Notes: generated by a model not told the origin, from the letters alone. A stretch of 64,000 nucleotides of DNA from an uncultured Planctomycetaceae bacterium (GCA_963813715.1 CAWFAK010000017.1:288001-352000), one strand, 5' to 3'. Positions 9,820 to 22,770 are shown, counted from the stretch's first letter. Made by a program: numbers and translations.

Positions 9820-10470
9820 TCAGGGCGTCGGCGAGTCCTCAGGTTCGTTCGGTGCGGTGGACTTGGGCGTTGGTTCGCTCGCGGTTTTCGCGATGGGGTG
9901 AAAGATCGTAAACCGACCGCACTCCAGGTCGAGCAGTCGAATTTGATCGCCGGAGACGGCCTTTCGGCCGTTGGCTCCCTGGTGATAAATGTTGAGCACC
10001 CTCCCGCCCGCGAGGACTTGAGCGACGATGGCGGTGTGGTGCCGCGCGGTCATGGTATAGGTGCTCCCGTCGTCGAGCGAACCGGTCAAAGTTGTGCGGG
10101 TGAATTGGATGATGTCGCCCGGGCGGACGTCTTTGACGTCGCCCTTCGTCTTGAATTCGGTGCCGACACGCTCCAACACGAAGACCAGCTCGCCCCAGTT
10201 GAAATCGTCCGACCGTCCCTGAGGCGAATCGGGCTTGGCGGCATGCGGGCCGTGCAGCCTTGCCCCGGCCGACTGCAATGCCGCACCGACAAACGTCGTG
10301 CAGGAGCCATTGCCCACCCGCTTGCCCTGCTGCTGCTTGCAGTATTCGAGGATGCGATCCGCCACTGCCGGCGGATCATCGGCTCGACAAGCCGCAAAAC
10401 CGCACGTGGCCGCAAGAATCACGGCCAAAAAGAAAGCGCGTCCAACCGTGCGACACCTTGGCGGCATCAC
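9820..10470 (-). CDS. Secreted protein with putative papain-like (CHAP/NlpC-P60-like) Cys-His fold
   Basis: Signal peptide; GKRVGNGSCTTFV, VRPGDIIQF, HHTAIV, IYHQ. Confidence 0.6.
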   Translation of the reverse strand: MMPPRCRTVGRAFFLAVILAATCGFAACRADDPPAVADRILEYCKQQQGKRVGNGSCTTFVGAALQSAGARLHGPHAAKPDSPQGRSDDFNWGELVFVLERVGTEFKTKGDVKDVRPGDIIQFTRTTLTGSLDDGSTYTMTARHHTAIVAQVLAGGRVLNIYHQGANGRKAVSGDQIRLLDLECGRFTIFHPIAKTASEPTPKSTAPNEPEDSPTP

Positions 10471-10590
10471 TTTCTCCGTGAGTTGAACCTTCGCCTCAGT
10501 CTACCTGGCCGCGCACGTCGCGGACAATCAATCATTGGGCAGCGACGAGGAGCGATGCGATCGCGGAGTCCGCGCGAAGCTGTGTCCCGT

Positions 10591-11841
10591 TCAGCGATGC
10601 ACCGTTGCGGCGAAGTTCGTCCACAGCGTGCCGAGCGGCGCATGGGCGTAGTCTTCGAACAGTTCTTCGGTATAGGCTCCGATCGCCAGTCGCACGTTGA
10701 GCTTTTCGATGACGTGCGGGCCGTGCGTCCGTTCGACCCAGTCGAGAAACGCGGCGGCCGTTCCGTACCCGTCTCGATACGTTTTCTTGCGGTCGATCTT
10801 GAACGGTTTTTCCGGCTCAAACTCGAAGTAGCGGACATAATCGGCGACCCCTTCGCCGATCCAGAAATCGTCACGCCCTTCGATTCCGGGTAGTTCTGCA
10901 CGACGTGCGTCAGTTCGTGAATCACCATGCCGATGTCTTCGGGATGTTTTTTCACCCAATTGGCGCTAATGGTAATTTCCCCCTGTTGCGCGAACGTGTA
11001 GGCCACCGTCTTGATGGGGTCCTTGAAATGGATCGTGATCGTCCGCGCGGGAGGATGGCCGACGGGGTAGAGAATGTCGTAGATGATTGCGTACCACTCT
11101 TCGCAGAGCTGTTTGGCTCCGGCCGCCCACCGCGCTGCCTCGTGCAGCTCGTGGAGATCGAGGACGATTTTCGGGACCACCGGTTTGCGGTCCGCCGCCC
11201 AGTGGCCCGCGTAGAGCCGCGTGAGGTCGGCGAAACGCTTCGGCACCGTTTTGTTCCCCGCCGCGAATTTTGAGCGAATCCGAGGAGAGGCGGACAGTGT
11301 AATCGCGCTTGGCGTCCTTGAGTTCGACGTACTCACTCGTGCGGCCTGTTTCGCGGAACACATTGATGCCGTCGAAATTGCGCTCGACCCAGACCGCGGC
11401 CTCGGATGATGCGCCTGTGCCGCCAGGCTCTTTGTTTTGCGCCCGGAACGTGCCGGCCGGCGACTGCCAATCGAGCCGCGTGTCGGGATCAGTCCATGAG
11501 CCCTCTGACACCCGCGCAAACTTGGGGAGTCTTTTCACGCCCCCCTTCCCGCCGCGGAGGAGCACTTTGTGCGGATAGAGCCGCACGGTGTAGTGCCGCA
11601 CCGGGTCGAGCAGCTCGACGAAGATGGGGTTACGCGCGACTTCGACAAACGTGTGGCTTGTCTTGCGAGACTGTTCGACCCAGGTGAGCGAACGCCGGAT
11701 CGACCCGTTGCCGTACTCCCAGCACTGGCGATCGGCGGTTTGGGCAGGGGCGGCGGCACCCATCTCGCTGAGCACGATGAGCGCGGCCAGTGCGATCGCG
11801 ATCCGAACTAAAGGGGACGGCCGGTTGTATCGTGTCGACAT
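10591..11841 (-). CDS. Basic secretory protein (BSP)-family metallopeptidase with two N-terminal repeat modules; frameshifts near 11245 and 10880
   Basis: Signal peptide; ITISANW...DIGMVIHELTHVVQNY (HExxH); WIGEGVADYVRY; GYGTAAAFLDWV. Confidence 0.8.
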
Positions 11842-12060
11842 GCCCGAGGCGGCTCAATCGCTGGCTGGAGCGTACGAATATCCTATCCTCAACCGGGCCA
11901 CGGGGCGCTTGCGGCTCTTTCACAAAGAGGCAGACTTCACTGCCTTCGAGCAAATCCTGGGCGAGGCGCGCGCGAGTGCCGCTACGAATCCTGGCCTACG
12001 TGGTGATGAGCAACCACTGGCACTTTGTTGTTTTACCTCGCCAGAATCAGGGTGAAGCAA
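11840..12060 (+). mobile_element. Truncated, frameshifted IS200-like/REP-associated tyrosine transposase (RAYT) remnant
   Basis: MP...YPILNRATGRLRLFHKEADFTAFEQILGEARA / RVPLRILAYVVMSNHWHFVVLPR: N-terminus and HUH motif of Y1 transposases; catalytic Tyr region absent. Confidence 0.8.
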
Positions 12061-12291
12061 TCGAACCCGATCGCGACTGGCCGAATGATGGCAGTTGGGG
12101 CAAGGCCTAGGGGGGTCTCATCCAAATCACGTACTGATCGCCGCGGTCGTTTTCACGAAGTCGCACCGACAACAGGCGACCTTGCTGCTTCGCCGCCTCG
12201 CGCAGCCGCGGTGTCGACGTCAATCCCCAGCTCTGTCGTGTTGGCATTCAGGGCACGCTGACTCGAAACTTTTGCCCATGGCACCAACGAC

Positions 12292-13184
12292 TCAACCACA
12301 ATCGCGCAGCGGCCCTCGAAGCAGGGGATCGGTCACCGCCATGATCGTCAATCTCTTTTGACTGATCGACGAAGATTTTGAATCACCAACCCAAACTGCG
12401 CTCGGCTGCAATCTGATTTCGGGGCGGAAATGCCAGGCCACCGGGATTTGCAGTAGCGGCCCGTCCGCTTTTTCCTGGCTTATTCTAACCACATCGAGCG
12501 TGGCACGGTTGGCGGCTTGGCTCCTGATCGTTCCTTTGACCGTCTCCTCCGATGGGCCGGAAACCACGGAGGTAATTTGGATCTCATTCGACTTTGAGGT
12601 CACGCGTACAGGTTGACGATGTTTACGAAATTTGACGACGACGCTGAAGTCAGCGACGCCGTCGTGATCCAGCTCGCCACTAACTGTTGCAGGATCGGAC
12701 CAAACGACGGGATCAACTTTGCCGTGAATCTGGACCTCCCAGACTCGGCCCGGCAGATCGGGCGATGTGAGTTTGACATTCTTCGCAAGCTCGGCGGGCG
12801 TGCTTGGCACCGTCACCACGAATGTGAGCGACACTTTGTCGTGCGGCAGAAGAACGGAATCGCTGAGCTGTGCCGCGACGCAACCGCAACTGGCGGTCGG
12901 CCTGTTCATCCGAACGCTCTGGTCGGAATTGTTGAGAACCGCGACCTCGACCGTCCGTTTCTCGCCGGCGTTCAGCTCACCTAAGTCAACTGTTGCCGGG
13001 TTCAAAGCAAGGGAGACCTTGCCGGAAGAGAGCGGAACCACCGGGGATGATTCTCCGGTGCCCACGCCCCCCAGGTCACGGCGTAAAGCCGGGCGCCACC
13101 CACGACGACGACTGCTGCAATCAGCCCAAGCAGAAGCCGATCGCCCCTCAGGTATCGGGCGACTTCCAATAAGCGCTGCTTCAT
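12292..13184 (-). CDS. DUF1573 domain-containing membrane-anchored protein (frameshift near 13070; the 3' end may extend toward about 12110)
   Basis: N-terminal TM (MKQRLL...LLLGLIAAVVVVGG) in one frame; VDLGEL...LNNSDQSVRMNRPTASCGCVAAQLSDSVLLP Ig-like DUF1573 signature in another. Confidence 0.75.
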
Positions 13185-13198
13185 CGCGCAGCTCGTCT

Positions 13199-14125
13199 TC
13201 AGAAATAGTAAACCGTGACATCGCGACGACGACGCGTCGTTGAGATGCTCGCCAATTGAATCGGCTGCCATTTCTTGGCCGTATCATTGTACCGGAAGCG
13301 AACAAAATACGGCTCCGCAGCCTCGTAGTGCTCGGCATCAAGCTTGATGATCAACTCCACGTCCGCAATCAACACTGACCGCCCATTCCGCAGTGCCGCC
13401 TCGAGATCCCCTGTTTCCGCCACGAAGCTTGGAGCGAACGTCTGAATTGCCAGAAAAACGTTGTACAAGTCGTGGACGGGCGACGAAGGATCGGTCTTGG
13501 AAGGGAGATTCAGGACCTTCTCCATCGCGACTCCACGAGCATCCCAAATCTGCCGACAGCACTGACTGGGAATGAGGGACTGCCAGTGGGTCGGTCCGGC
13601 ACTATTGGCTTTGGATTCACGCGCAAAGACTTCCCTGTCTGACAGCGCGCTCACGTCCTTCTGACCCAATCTGCCCAGGAATTGTTCGTCTGCCTTGCGT
13701 CGCTTCGGATCCAGCCTGTTCCCGCGCTCCTGCATATAACCAAAAACCGCGTCAGCGGTGCCCTCCGAATACGCGTTCAGAAATCCCGTGATCGCCGTTT
13801 CCAGGTCTCGTATTTGCTCGGGCGCCAAGTCGCTCAAGGAAACGGCGGCTGATGGGATGGGGCAAGCCAAGCAATTATGCGCTGGGATGTCGCGTACGGC
13901 TCCCGCCACGTCTCTCGACGCGAGAGGGACCGCTACACTCGAGTTCCATTCCGCGAGGAGCCCAGCCAGCCGACGCTGTCGCTGGGAATCACTCTCGATG
14001 ATGGCAGGATCGACTGACTGTGCTGCCGAGGCGTGACGATCCCTCCAGGCCCGTAGAATCACCCACTCGCCCGCGCCGAGTGCGGCCAGCAGAACAACGA
14101 TGGCGACCGTACGGAACCGTTTCAC
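13199..14125 (-). CDS. Hypothetical protein with N-terminal membrane anchor/signal
   Basis: Long ORF; probable GTG start (VKRFRTVAIVVLLAALGAGEWVIL); stop is 15 nt from the next start. Confidence 0.7.
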   Translation of the reverse strand: MKRFRTVAIVVLLAALGAGEWVILRAWRDRHASAAQSVDPAIIESDSQRQRRLAGLLAEWNSSVAVPLASRDVAGAVRDIPAHNCLACPIPSAAVSLSDLAPEQIRDLETAITGFLNAYSEGTADAVFGYMQERGNRLDPKRRKADEQFLGRLGQKDVSALSDREVFARESKANSAGPTHWQSLIPSQCCRQIWDARGVAMEKVLNLPSKTDPSSPVHDLYNVFLAIQTFAPSFVAETGDLEAALRNGRSVLIADVELIIKLDAEHYEAAEPYFVRFRYNDTAKKWQPIQLASISTTRRRRDVTVYYF

Positions 14126-14463
14126 GAGGTCCGCCTTGATTCGCGTTCGGCACCGCCCGTGATGGCTCGGCCACCCTAGGCAGCTGCTGATTTCCCGGCT
14201 GTCGCAATATCGTTGGGACCGCCAGCCCGAAGTCGACAACCTCGCAAGGTCAAAAAATGACCCAGTGAGATCCGACCCGGCGCCAGTCAAACTGTTTCGG
14301 CGCACCGTCCGCTAGTTCGCAGAAGTGATGCCCTGCCAACCGCTACCATGTGCCCGTCAACTAATGTGCACGGCCGAGCGGTCAGAGAACCACAAGATGG
14401 GATTGAGCTGCGATATTTCGGACGCAAACAAGCCAATCGGCCAGTGCCACGCAGTCGCCCTAG

Positions 14464-14790
14464 TTATCGGTCAACGACAATAAAGCACTGGTAACAATAA
14501 ACATCGTCCCCGTAGTCATCGGGATCGTAGTAGCAGCATGAGCACTGATAAGGGCAGCCGTAGCACACGTAGATGTAACCGTTATTGGTGCACGTACAGC
14601 AGGCAAAATTGCCGCAAGTCTCGTAGGTGCAACCACAGGGACCGGCCGGCACGCCAAGTCCGCACGTCGAGCGCACAGACGCCGGGCTCGCCCCGCCCGA
14701 CAGAGCCAACTTGGGGATAACAAAGGCGAACACAAACAAAGCAACGGCTGCACAAGCGATGTTAGACCGTGTGAGATACTTTTTTAGCAC
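14464..14790 (-). CDS. Secreted cysteine-rich miniprotein (108 aa; 14 Cys in the predicted mature part)
   Basis: GGAGG RBS before GTG 14790; KKY+hydrophobic signal peptide; mature CGLGVPAGPCGCTYETCGNFACCTCTNNGYIYVCYGCPYQCSCCYYDPDDYGDDVYCYQCF. Confidence 0.8.
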   Translation of the reverse strand: MLKKYLTRSNIACAAVALFVFAFVIPKLALSGGASPASVRSTCGLGVPAGPCGCTYETCGNFACCTCTNNGYIYVCYGCPYQCSCCYYDPDDYGDDVYCYQCFIVVDR

Positions 14791-15127
14791 GGCAAGTTCC
14801 TCCAAAAGAGCTATGAACTTGAATTGTGCGACCAACAAGTCGCGACTTTTGTGCTTTTACTATCTCAACAACTATCGCCTCAAATCAGCAGGGATCGACG
14901 GGCTTCACCGCTGTCCCAAGCGCGTCCCATAGCTAGCGCGCATGATTAGACCAACTGGCCATCCGTGCGTCAACGATGTCGAATGTAAGCTGCAGGCAGC
15001 ATGTGACAGACGGCCAACCGCACCTCGCCTTTATTGCGCGCTACTCCGTTCCCTTTGCTTCGCGCAAATGCCGGCGGCCCGGCGAATTGCCGGGCCTCGG
15101 TTGACTCGGGTTCGAACCCCCGGCTGC

Positions 15128-17242
<2,115 letters not shown>

Positions 17243-17561
17243 CGATCTCCCCTTCGTCTGCGTACAGATTGTCCGTCAACGCGCGATACGAACGAATCTG
17301 GCTGCCTGCGAGACTGGCACAGGAATGGTCCGATTCCCGGCCCGCCCAGACTTAGACTCTGATCCCCAGCATCCATCCGAGCGAAATAAGAAATAAGGCG
17401 GCAGCCAACGTCCTCGTCGGCCATTCTACTACCGATTTGCCGACCCAACCAGATCCAAGATTGCCGGGACCGGCCACGGTACACTGCGCGAGATTTAACC
17501 CGGCGGGCAAGCCGTTTGCCCCTTGGCGGCTCGAGGACCCGGTTTCCCGATCGACCGGCGC

Positions 17562-17594
17562 AAAAAAGAGAGACCGGCAATTGCCGGCCTCTCT
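17562..17594 (-). terminator. Rho-independent terminator downstream of 17680-18318
   Basis: Minus strand AGAGAGGCCGGCAATTGCCGGTCTCTCTTTTTT: GC stem plus U tract. Confidence 0.7.
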
Positions 17595-17679
17595 CGGAAG
17601 CGTTGACCTGCTGAATTCCGCCTCGCCTTCGCGAGAAGAACTGTTTCAGGCCCGCTTGAGGGCCACCCTGCTCCGTTTG

Positions 17680-18318
17680 CTAGTGACTCGATCCGTTGAG
17701 CGACGAGGTCGCGTCGTACACCGGCTTCTCGCCCGCGATCATCCGCGTGGCCGAGGTCGTCCGGGTCCGGGCTGTTGGGACGCCGATCACCTCGTCCGTA
17801 CCGGGGACCGTCAGAGGAGTCGTGTTCGGGATGGTGTTAGCCGTGGGCACCGGGCGACCGGCTCCCCACACCACCTCAGCACCGACCGAATCGGCCGTGT
17901 GATACAGGTATCCGCCATGACCGTAGTATTCCGGCGGATGCAGAGCGCGGAACATCGGCTCATCCATGGCGTAGCGGGCCTTGGCCAGCTCCGTGCGGTG
18001 CTCGTCCATCCAGAATTGCGTCGAGCCGTTGAACTGGCGACGGAACCGTCCAAACTCGACGGCCGCGTCGCGAATTTGCTGCTGCTGAATCTCGGCGGCG
18101 GTCAGGTCATCGGGCACGCCGTAGAGACGATAGGGACCCTCGAGCCCCAGGAGCGGTTCGCGCGAGTGACGCGTACTGTAATTATCCGCGGGAGCGGCAG
18201 TCGGACCGCCGTACATTCCGTAATCGACACTGGGTCGAGGCCGCGCACTGACCGGAGTCTGAGCGAACGCCGAAGTTCCCAAAGCACAGACACACGCGGC
18301 CATAATGAGCTTTTTCAT
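17680..18318 (-). CDS. Hypothetical secreted protein
   Basis: GGAGG RBS; classical signal peptide MKKLIMAACVCALGTSAFA; downstream terminator. Confidence 0.75.
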   Translation of the reverse strand: MKKLIMAACVCALGTSAFAQTPVSARPRPSVDYGMYGGPTAAPADNYSTRHSREPLLGLEGPYRLYGVPDDLTAAEIQQQQIRDAAVEFGRFRRQFNGSTQFWMDEHRTELAKARYAMDEPMFRALHPPEYYGHGGYLYHTADSVGAEVVWGAGRPVPTANTIPNTTPLTVPGTDEVIGVPTARTRTTSATRMIAGEKPVYDATSSLNGSSH

Positions 18319-18666
18319 AACACGCCTCCTCTGTTATCTGCTCCCGGCCGCCTTGCTGCCGCCGGTTTTTTAGGCCCACCCTTTATTGTTTCACGCTTTC
18401 GTTTTCACTGCTTCGTTTTTCACCTCGTCGGTTGACGTGGCTGAAAGAGGGAATTGCAAATCCCGCGCCCGCGGACCAAAACAAGCGGCAAAAGTGTGAC
18501 CGCTGGCGGACGATTTGTCGTACACACGAGGAGGCTCGCCGCCGCGGTGAAGAGCGCGCGGGGAAGGCGCGAGCGCCAGAAGTGACATCGTGAGCGGGAG
18601 AACAGCGAAGCGCGCCGGAAGCCTATCGTCACGCCTGAGCGCCTTCGGTCTCAAATTCGGCGGCGC

Positions 18667-20944
18667 TTACGGGCTCTCGTTCTTCGCTTCCTTCGCTTCT
18701 TCTTTCTCCGTCCCCTTCACGGGGACAAAGGTCTCGACCTCGATCATCAGCACCTGGATCGTCAGGTCGCCGATCTTGGTCTTCTTGGCATCGGGCTCGG
18801 TCGAGGGCTGCCGGGTGACGATGACATCGAGCGAGCGCGTGCGCTGAGTCGCCAGATCGTGCTGCACGACATCGACCCACTTTTCTTCGCCAATGTCGTG
18901 CGTCGAGGCGTGTATTTGGGTCCGCGTCCCCTTGGCCATCGCGGAGTGATAGAAGTTGGCCGTACGGCTGATCTCGTCGGTGCCTTCCAGCTGGATGTAA
19001 TGCACGACGAGCGGCTCGCTGACGGCGGCCGTCAGGTTCGACGGCAGAATCCTCGGGCCAGCGCAGGTGAAACTCCTTGATGATGTGCTCGCCGGGCCGC
19101 AACACGAACGGAACGGGGACGGCCGGAGTCGGTGCGGAACTGCCGCTTTTGCCCTTCTCGTGCCCCTGCCCACTGGCGTCAGCCGTGCGCGACGATTTTT
19201 TCGCGGCCGCATCGTCGGCTTTTCCCGCTTTGGTGGTGCCCGACTTCTTGTCAGCCTTCTTGTCGGCCTTCTTATCAGCGGCCGCATCCTTTTTGTTGTC
19301 GGCGTCTTTGTCGTCTTTGGCGTCGGCCGCAGCGTCGTCGCCCGCCGCCTGCGCCACGGCCGCCAGGCGCTCGTCCCAGTGCGTGACGAAGCGCTCGATC
19401 GTGTCTCGCCACTCGTACTGCATATCGGTCTGACGCTGCTTCTCGGCCGCCTCTTCGGCCTTCTTCTCGGCGGCCGCGCTGTGGTGACCACTGGGCGGCG
19501 TGCTCGGCGTATGGTGCCGCGTCTTGGGGCGATCTCTGTAGACGACCGACTTCATCGCGATGAGAGCCCCCGGATCGAGCCACTCCGGACCGACGAGGTA
19601 CATCGTGCCCGGCATAGCGGCCGCATTTGTGCCGCCGGCCCCGCCGCGCATTCCGGCCCCGCCCATGCCACCGCGACCCATTCCGCCACCCATGCCTCCG
19701 GGCCGCATGCCGCCTCCGCCCATTCCACCATAAGGCGCGCCCCCTCCGCCCTGGGGGGCGCCGGCTCCCGCGGCCACGTGTGAGGCGGGGTTATCGGGCT
19801 TGCCTAGTTCATGTGGAGCTTTTTGCAGCAGGTAGGTCCGCAATTGTTCGCGGGCCGATTTGAGAGGAATCGAGCCGACGGCAGTGAGGACTTGTTCGGT
19901 ATTGCTGCCGGGCCGGGCGAGCTCCGCCCCCAGCGCCTCGATGAACGCGCTTTGCCACAGATCACGAGCGACGAGGGCCGGATCGGCGGGGGTCGCGTTG
20001 AGCAACTTTTCCGTGAATTCCAGAATCAGCGCGACGGGATTGTTGAGCGCCTCCGCCGCGACCGCTCGCGCCGGAGCGCCGGCCGTTGCCGGGCCACCGG
20101 GAGGCGCGACGGTGGTTTGCCCCTGGAGGGCCGCGATGGGATTAGAACCCGGCGGGCCACCGCCCGCGACCTTCGCCAGCTCGGCCATGAGGGCGGCGGC
20201 CGCTGCCTGCGGGTTCGGCGCCGGCGCCTCTGGTGTGAGCCGCAGCGCGGACTTCAGGGCGGTCGCGTTCTGCTCGAGCACCTGTTTTTGCAAATCGAAG
20301 CGGAGCACGTCGGGCAGCGCGTGGCTCCGCATCAGCACGACTTGCGCGGCGAAGCTCGCCGGGCTTGGCTTGATCAGCGCCGTTTCGATCGCGCTGCGAA
20401 TGTCGGGTGTCACCTGGTCGTGCACTTTGGCGACCTTGGCTCGGAGGTCCGGCGAACCGACGCGAGCGATCACGCGGACCGCATCGATCCGCACAGCCGC
20501 GCCGGAATAGTCCTTGCCTGCACGCAGCGTTTCGTCGGGCGTCGAAATCAGCTTCACCAGAAAGGCGTCTGCGGCGGGCGACTGCCGCAGCGTCAGCGCG
20601 ACGAGGGCCATCTCCGCAGCCTGCTGATTGTGTCCGCCGAAGGCGATTTTTCCCTCGACGATCGATTCCAATGTCTTGAGGGCGGCGTCGCTTTGGTTGC
20701 CGGCCAATGCGTAAACGACTGAGAAGACGGCCTGCGTCTTGGTCAGCGGCGGCCCCGGCGGCTTGGCCTCGGCCACGGGAGCGTCGGCAGGAGCCCCTTT
20801 GTCTTTGTCCCTCTTGCGCATGCGCGTCATCTGCGCGGAGACGGGGCCCGCCACCCACAAGGCCAACAGCGCCGCGGTGAACGCCGAGAGAGCACAACGA
20901 TGTCCCAGCCCGCCGTCCCGCAGATTCCGCCAGCCAAAGCGCAT
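18667..20944 (-). CDS. Large hypothetical secreted protein with Gly/Met-rich and Lys/Asp-rich linkers (frameshift near 19055)
   Basis: Signal-like N-terminus; long helical region; protein-like sequence continues in frame 18667-19491 after EFHLRWP. Confidence 0.7.
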
Positions 20945-21398
20945 GTCGCGTCCTCTGTTGTCTACTTTCGAGTCGTTCACTTCGCTGATGTCGCGATTCC
21001 GGGCGCCGTCGTCTCGTTGTCAGTCGGCTCGGTTGTCAATTGGCGACTTGTCCGTTGCTTCGCCGCGGCGGCCCGTCCGTCGGTTTGATGACGGACGGCA
21101 GCGGTTTTTCTGCCGCCTCACAAAACGTGCGTATCAGGAATGCCGATTGCGCGAGCGATCGAGCGGCCCCTCGATCGGCTTCGACGGTCAACCCGTTGCA
21201 GTCCGCAAGGTGCCCGCGATTTTCCACTTCTTCGCATTCTGGCTGCCGAAAATCTGCGGCACAACCGTGAATATCAGGAATACTTGCTGAGCCTGCCAGA
21301 TGGTACGAATTTCACCGTTCGCCCGCCGCGCCGCGCGTTGGCCGCTCCGCGGGCCGTTTACCTAACTTTTCGCGTTCCCCATGCGAGAGCAAAATCCC

Positions 21399-21572
21399 AT
21401 GCAGACCCGCCCCCTGCCCGATATCAGCGTCGATTTCATGACCTGGCTCAACACGGAGCTGCGTAAGCGGATCGACGCGGACGACGATTCCGAAACTCGC
21501 GGCCTGGTCAATCGCCTCAAGAACTACTTCGGCCGCCCCGTTCCCGTCGAAACGGTGGGGTCCGAGTTCTAG
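21399..21572 (+). CDS. Small hypothetical protein
   Basis: 57-aa ORF with host-like codon usage (MQTRPLPDISVDFMTWLNTELRKRID...). Confidence 0.5.
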   Translation: MQTRPLPDISVDFMTWLNTELRKRIDADDDSETRGLVNRLKNYFGRPVPVETVGSEF

Positions 21573-21898
21573 GCGGACGTCCGTTCACGGGTGCAAATCA
21601 CTGCCCGCTGAACGTTTCGCGGTCACCCTGCGGATCTTGGACAGCATCAAGTTCAGGACTCATCACGACCGGGACGAGGAGCGCAATGCCCTCGCCCCGG
21701 TTTGCGTGTTTTGCGGCCTCGCCTTATTCGCCGTTGCCGGATTCTGTTGCCGGCGCCCTGCCCCGCGCTCGCCGATGCGGCTGCCCCGGCTTACCTTCCT
21801 CGTCAGCGGCGGGGCAATCGCGCATCATGGCTGGTTCGGTTCGAGCGAATTGAAGGCGTCGCTCGGCAAGTTTCCGGACGCCGAGTTGTAAGCCCAGA

Positions 21899-22753
21899 GT
21901 GATGAGCGAACGGCACCTGACGATCGACGGCGTGCGAATTCCGCGTTTTCTGTACGGGACGGCGTGGAAGGAAGACGAGACCGAGCGTCTGACCCGCCTG
22001 GCCCTTGAGTGCGGTTTTCGCGGCGTCGACACGGCCAACCAGCGCAAGCACTACCACGAGGCGGGCGTCGGCCGTGCCATCGCAACCGCGATCGCCGGTG
22101 GCCAGCTCGCGCGTGACGATTTGTTCCTGCAGACCAAGTTCACGTTTCGCCGCGGCCAGGATCACCGGCTGCCCTACGATCCGCAGGTGCCCGTTGCCGA
22201 GCAGGTTATGCAATCGTGCGCCAGCTCGCTCGAACATCTGGGCGTCGAGGCCGTTGATTCGTACGTGTTGCACGGCCCGACGCTGCGTGCCGGACTCGTC
22301 GTCGCCGATTGGGAAGCGTGGCGGGCGATGGAGTCGCTCCACGCGAGCGGCCGAGTCCGATTGCTGGGCGTGAGCAATGTGAGCCTCGAACAGCTCGAGA
22401 GCCTGGCTCGCGGCGCCCGGGTGCCGCCGCGGTTCGTGCAGAACCGCTGTTACGCGAGCCAGGGTTGGGACCATGACGTGCGGCAGTTCTGTCGTGCGCA
22501 CGAGATCGTCTACCAGGGCTTCTCGTTGCTGACTGCCAACCGCGACGTGCTCACCCATCCCGAGATCGTGCGAATCGCCCAGCAACACGGCCGCACTGTC
22601 AGCCAGATCGTATTCCGCTTCGCGCTCGACGTCGGCATGTTGCCCGTCACCGGCACGACGAGCGCCCAGCACATGCGGGCAGATCTCGACATCTTCGACT
22701 TTGAGCTAACGTCCGACGAAGTCGCGATGATCGAAGATTTGGCGACGGCGTGA
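21899..22753 (+). CDS. Aldo/keto reductase
   Basis: YGTAWK, GFRGVDTA..Y, LFLQTKF, DSYVLHGP, LGVSN, VQNRCY. Confidence 0.92.
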   Translation: MMSERHLTIDGVRIPRFLYGTAWKEDETERLTRLALECGFRGVDTANQRKHYHEAGVGRAIATAIAGGQLARDDLFLQTKFTFRRGQDHRLPYDPQVPVAEQVMQSCASSLEHLGVEAVDSYVLHGPTLRAGLVVADWEAWRAMESLHASGRVRLLGVSNVSLEQLESLARGARVPPRFVQNRCYASQGWDHDVRQFCRAHEIVYQGFSLLTANRDVLTHPEIVRIAQQHGRTVSQIVFRFALDVGMLPVTGTTSAQHMRADLDIFDFELTSDEVAMIEDLATA

Positions 22754-22770
22754 CGGCGGTCGCGGCGACG

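Noticed and set aside
19200..19760. Short repeats in the large hypothetical gene (GGM and DKKA runs)
   Set aside because: They encode ordinary low-complexity protein linkers, not a DNA element.
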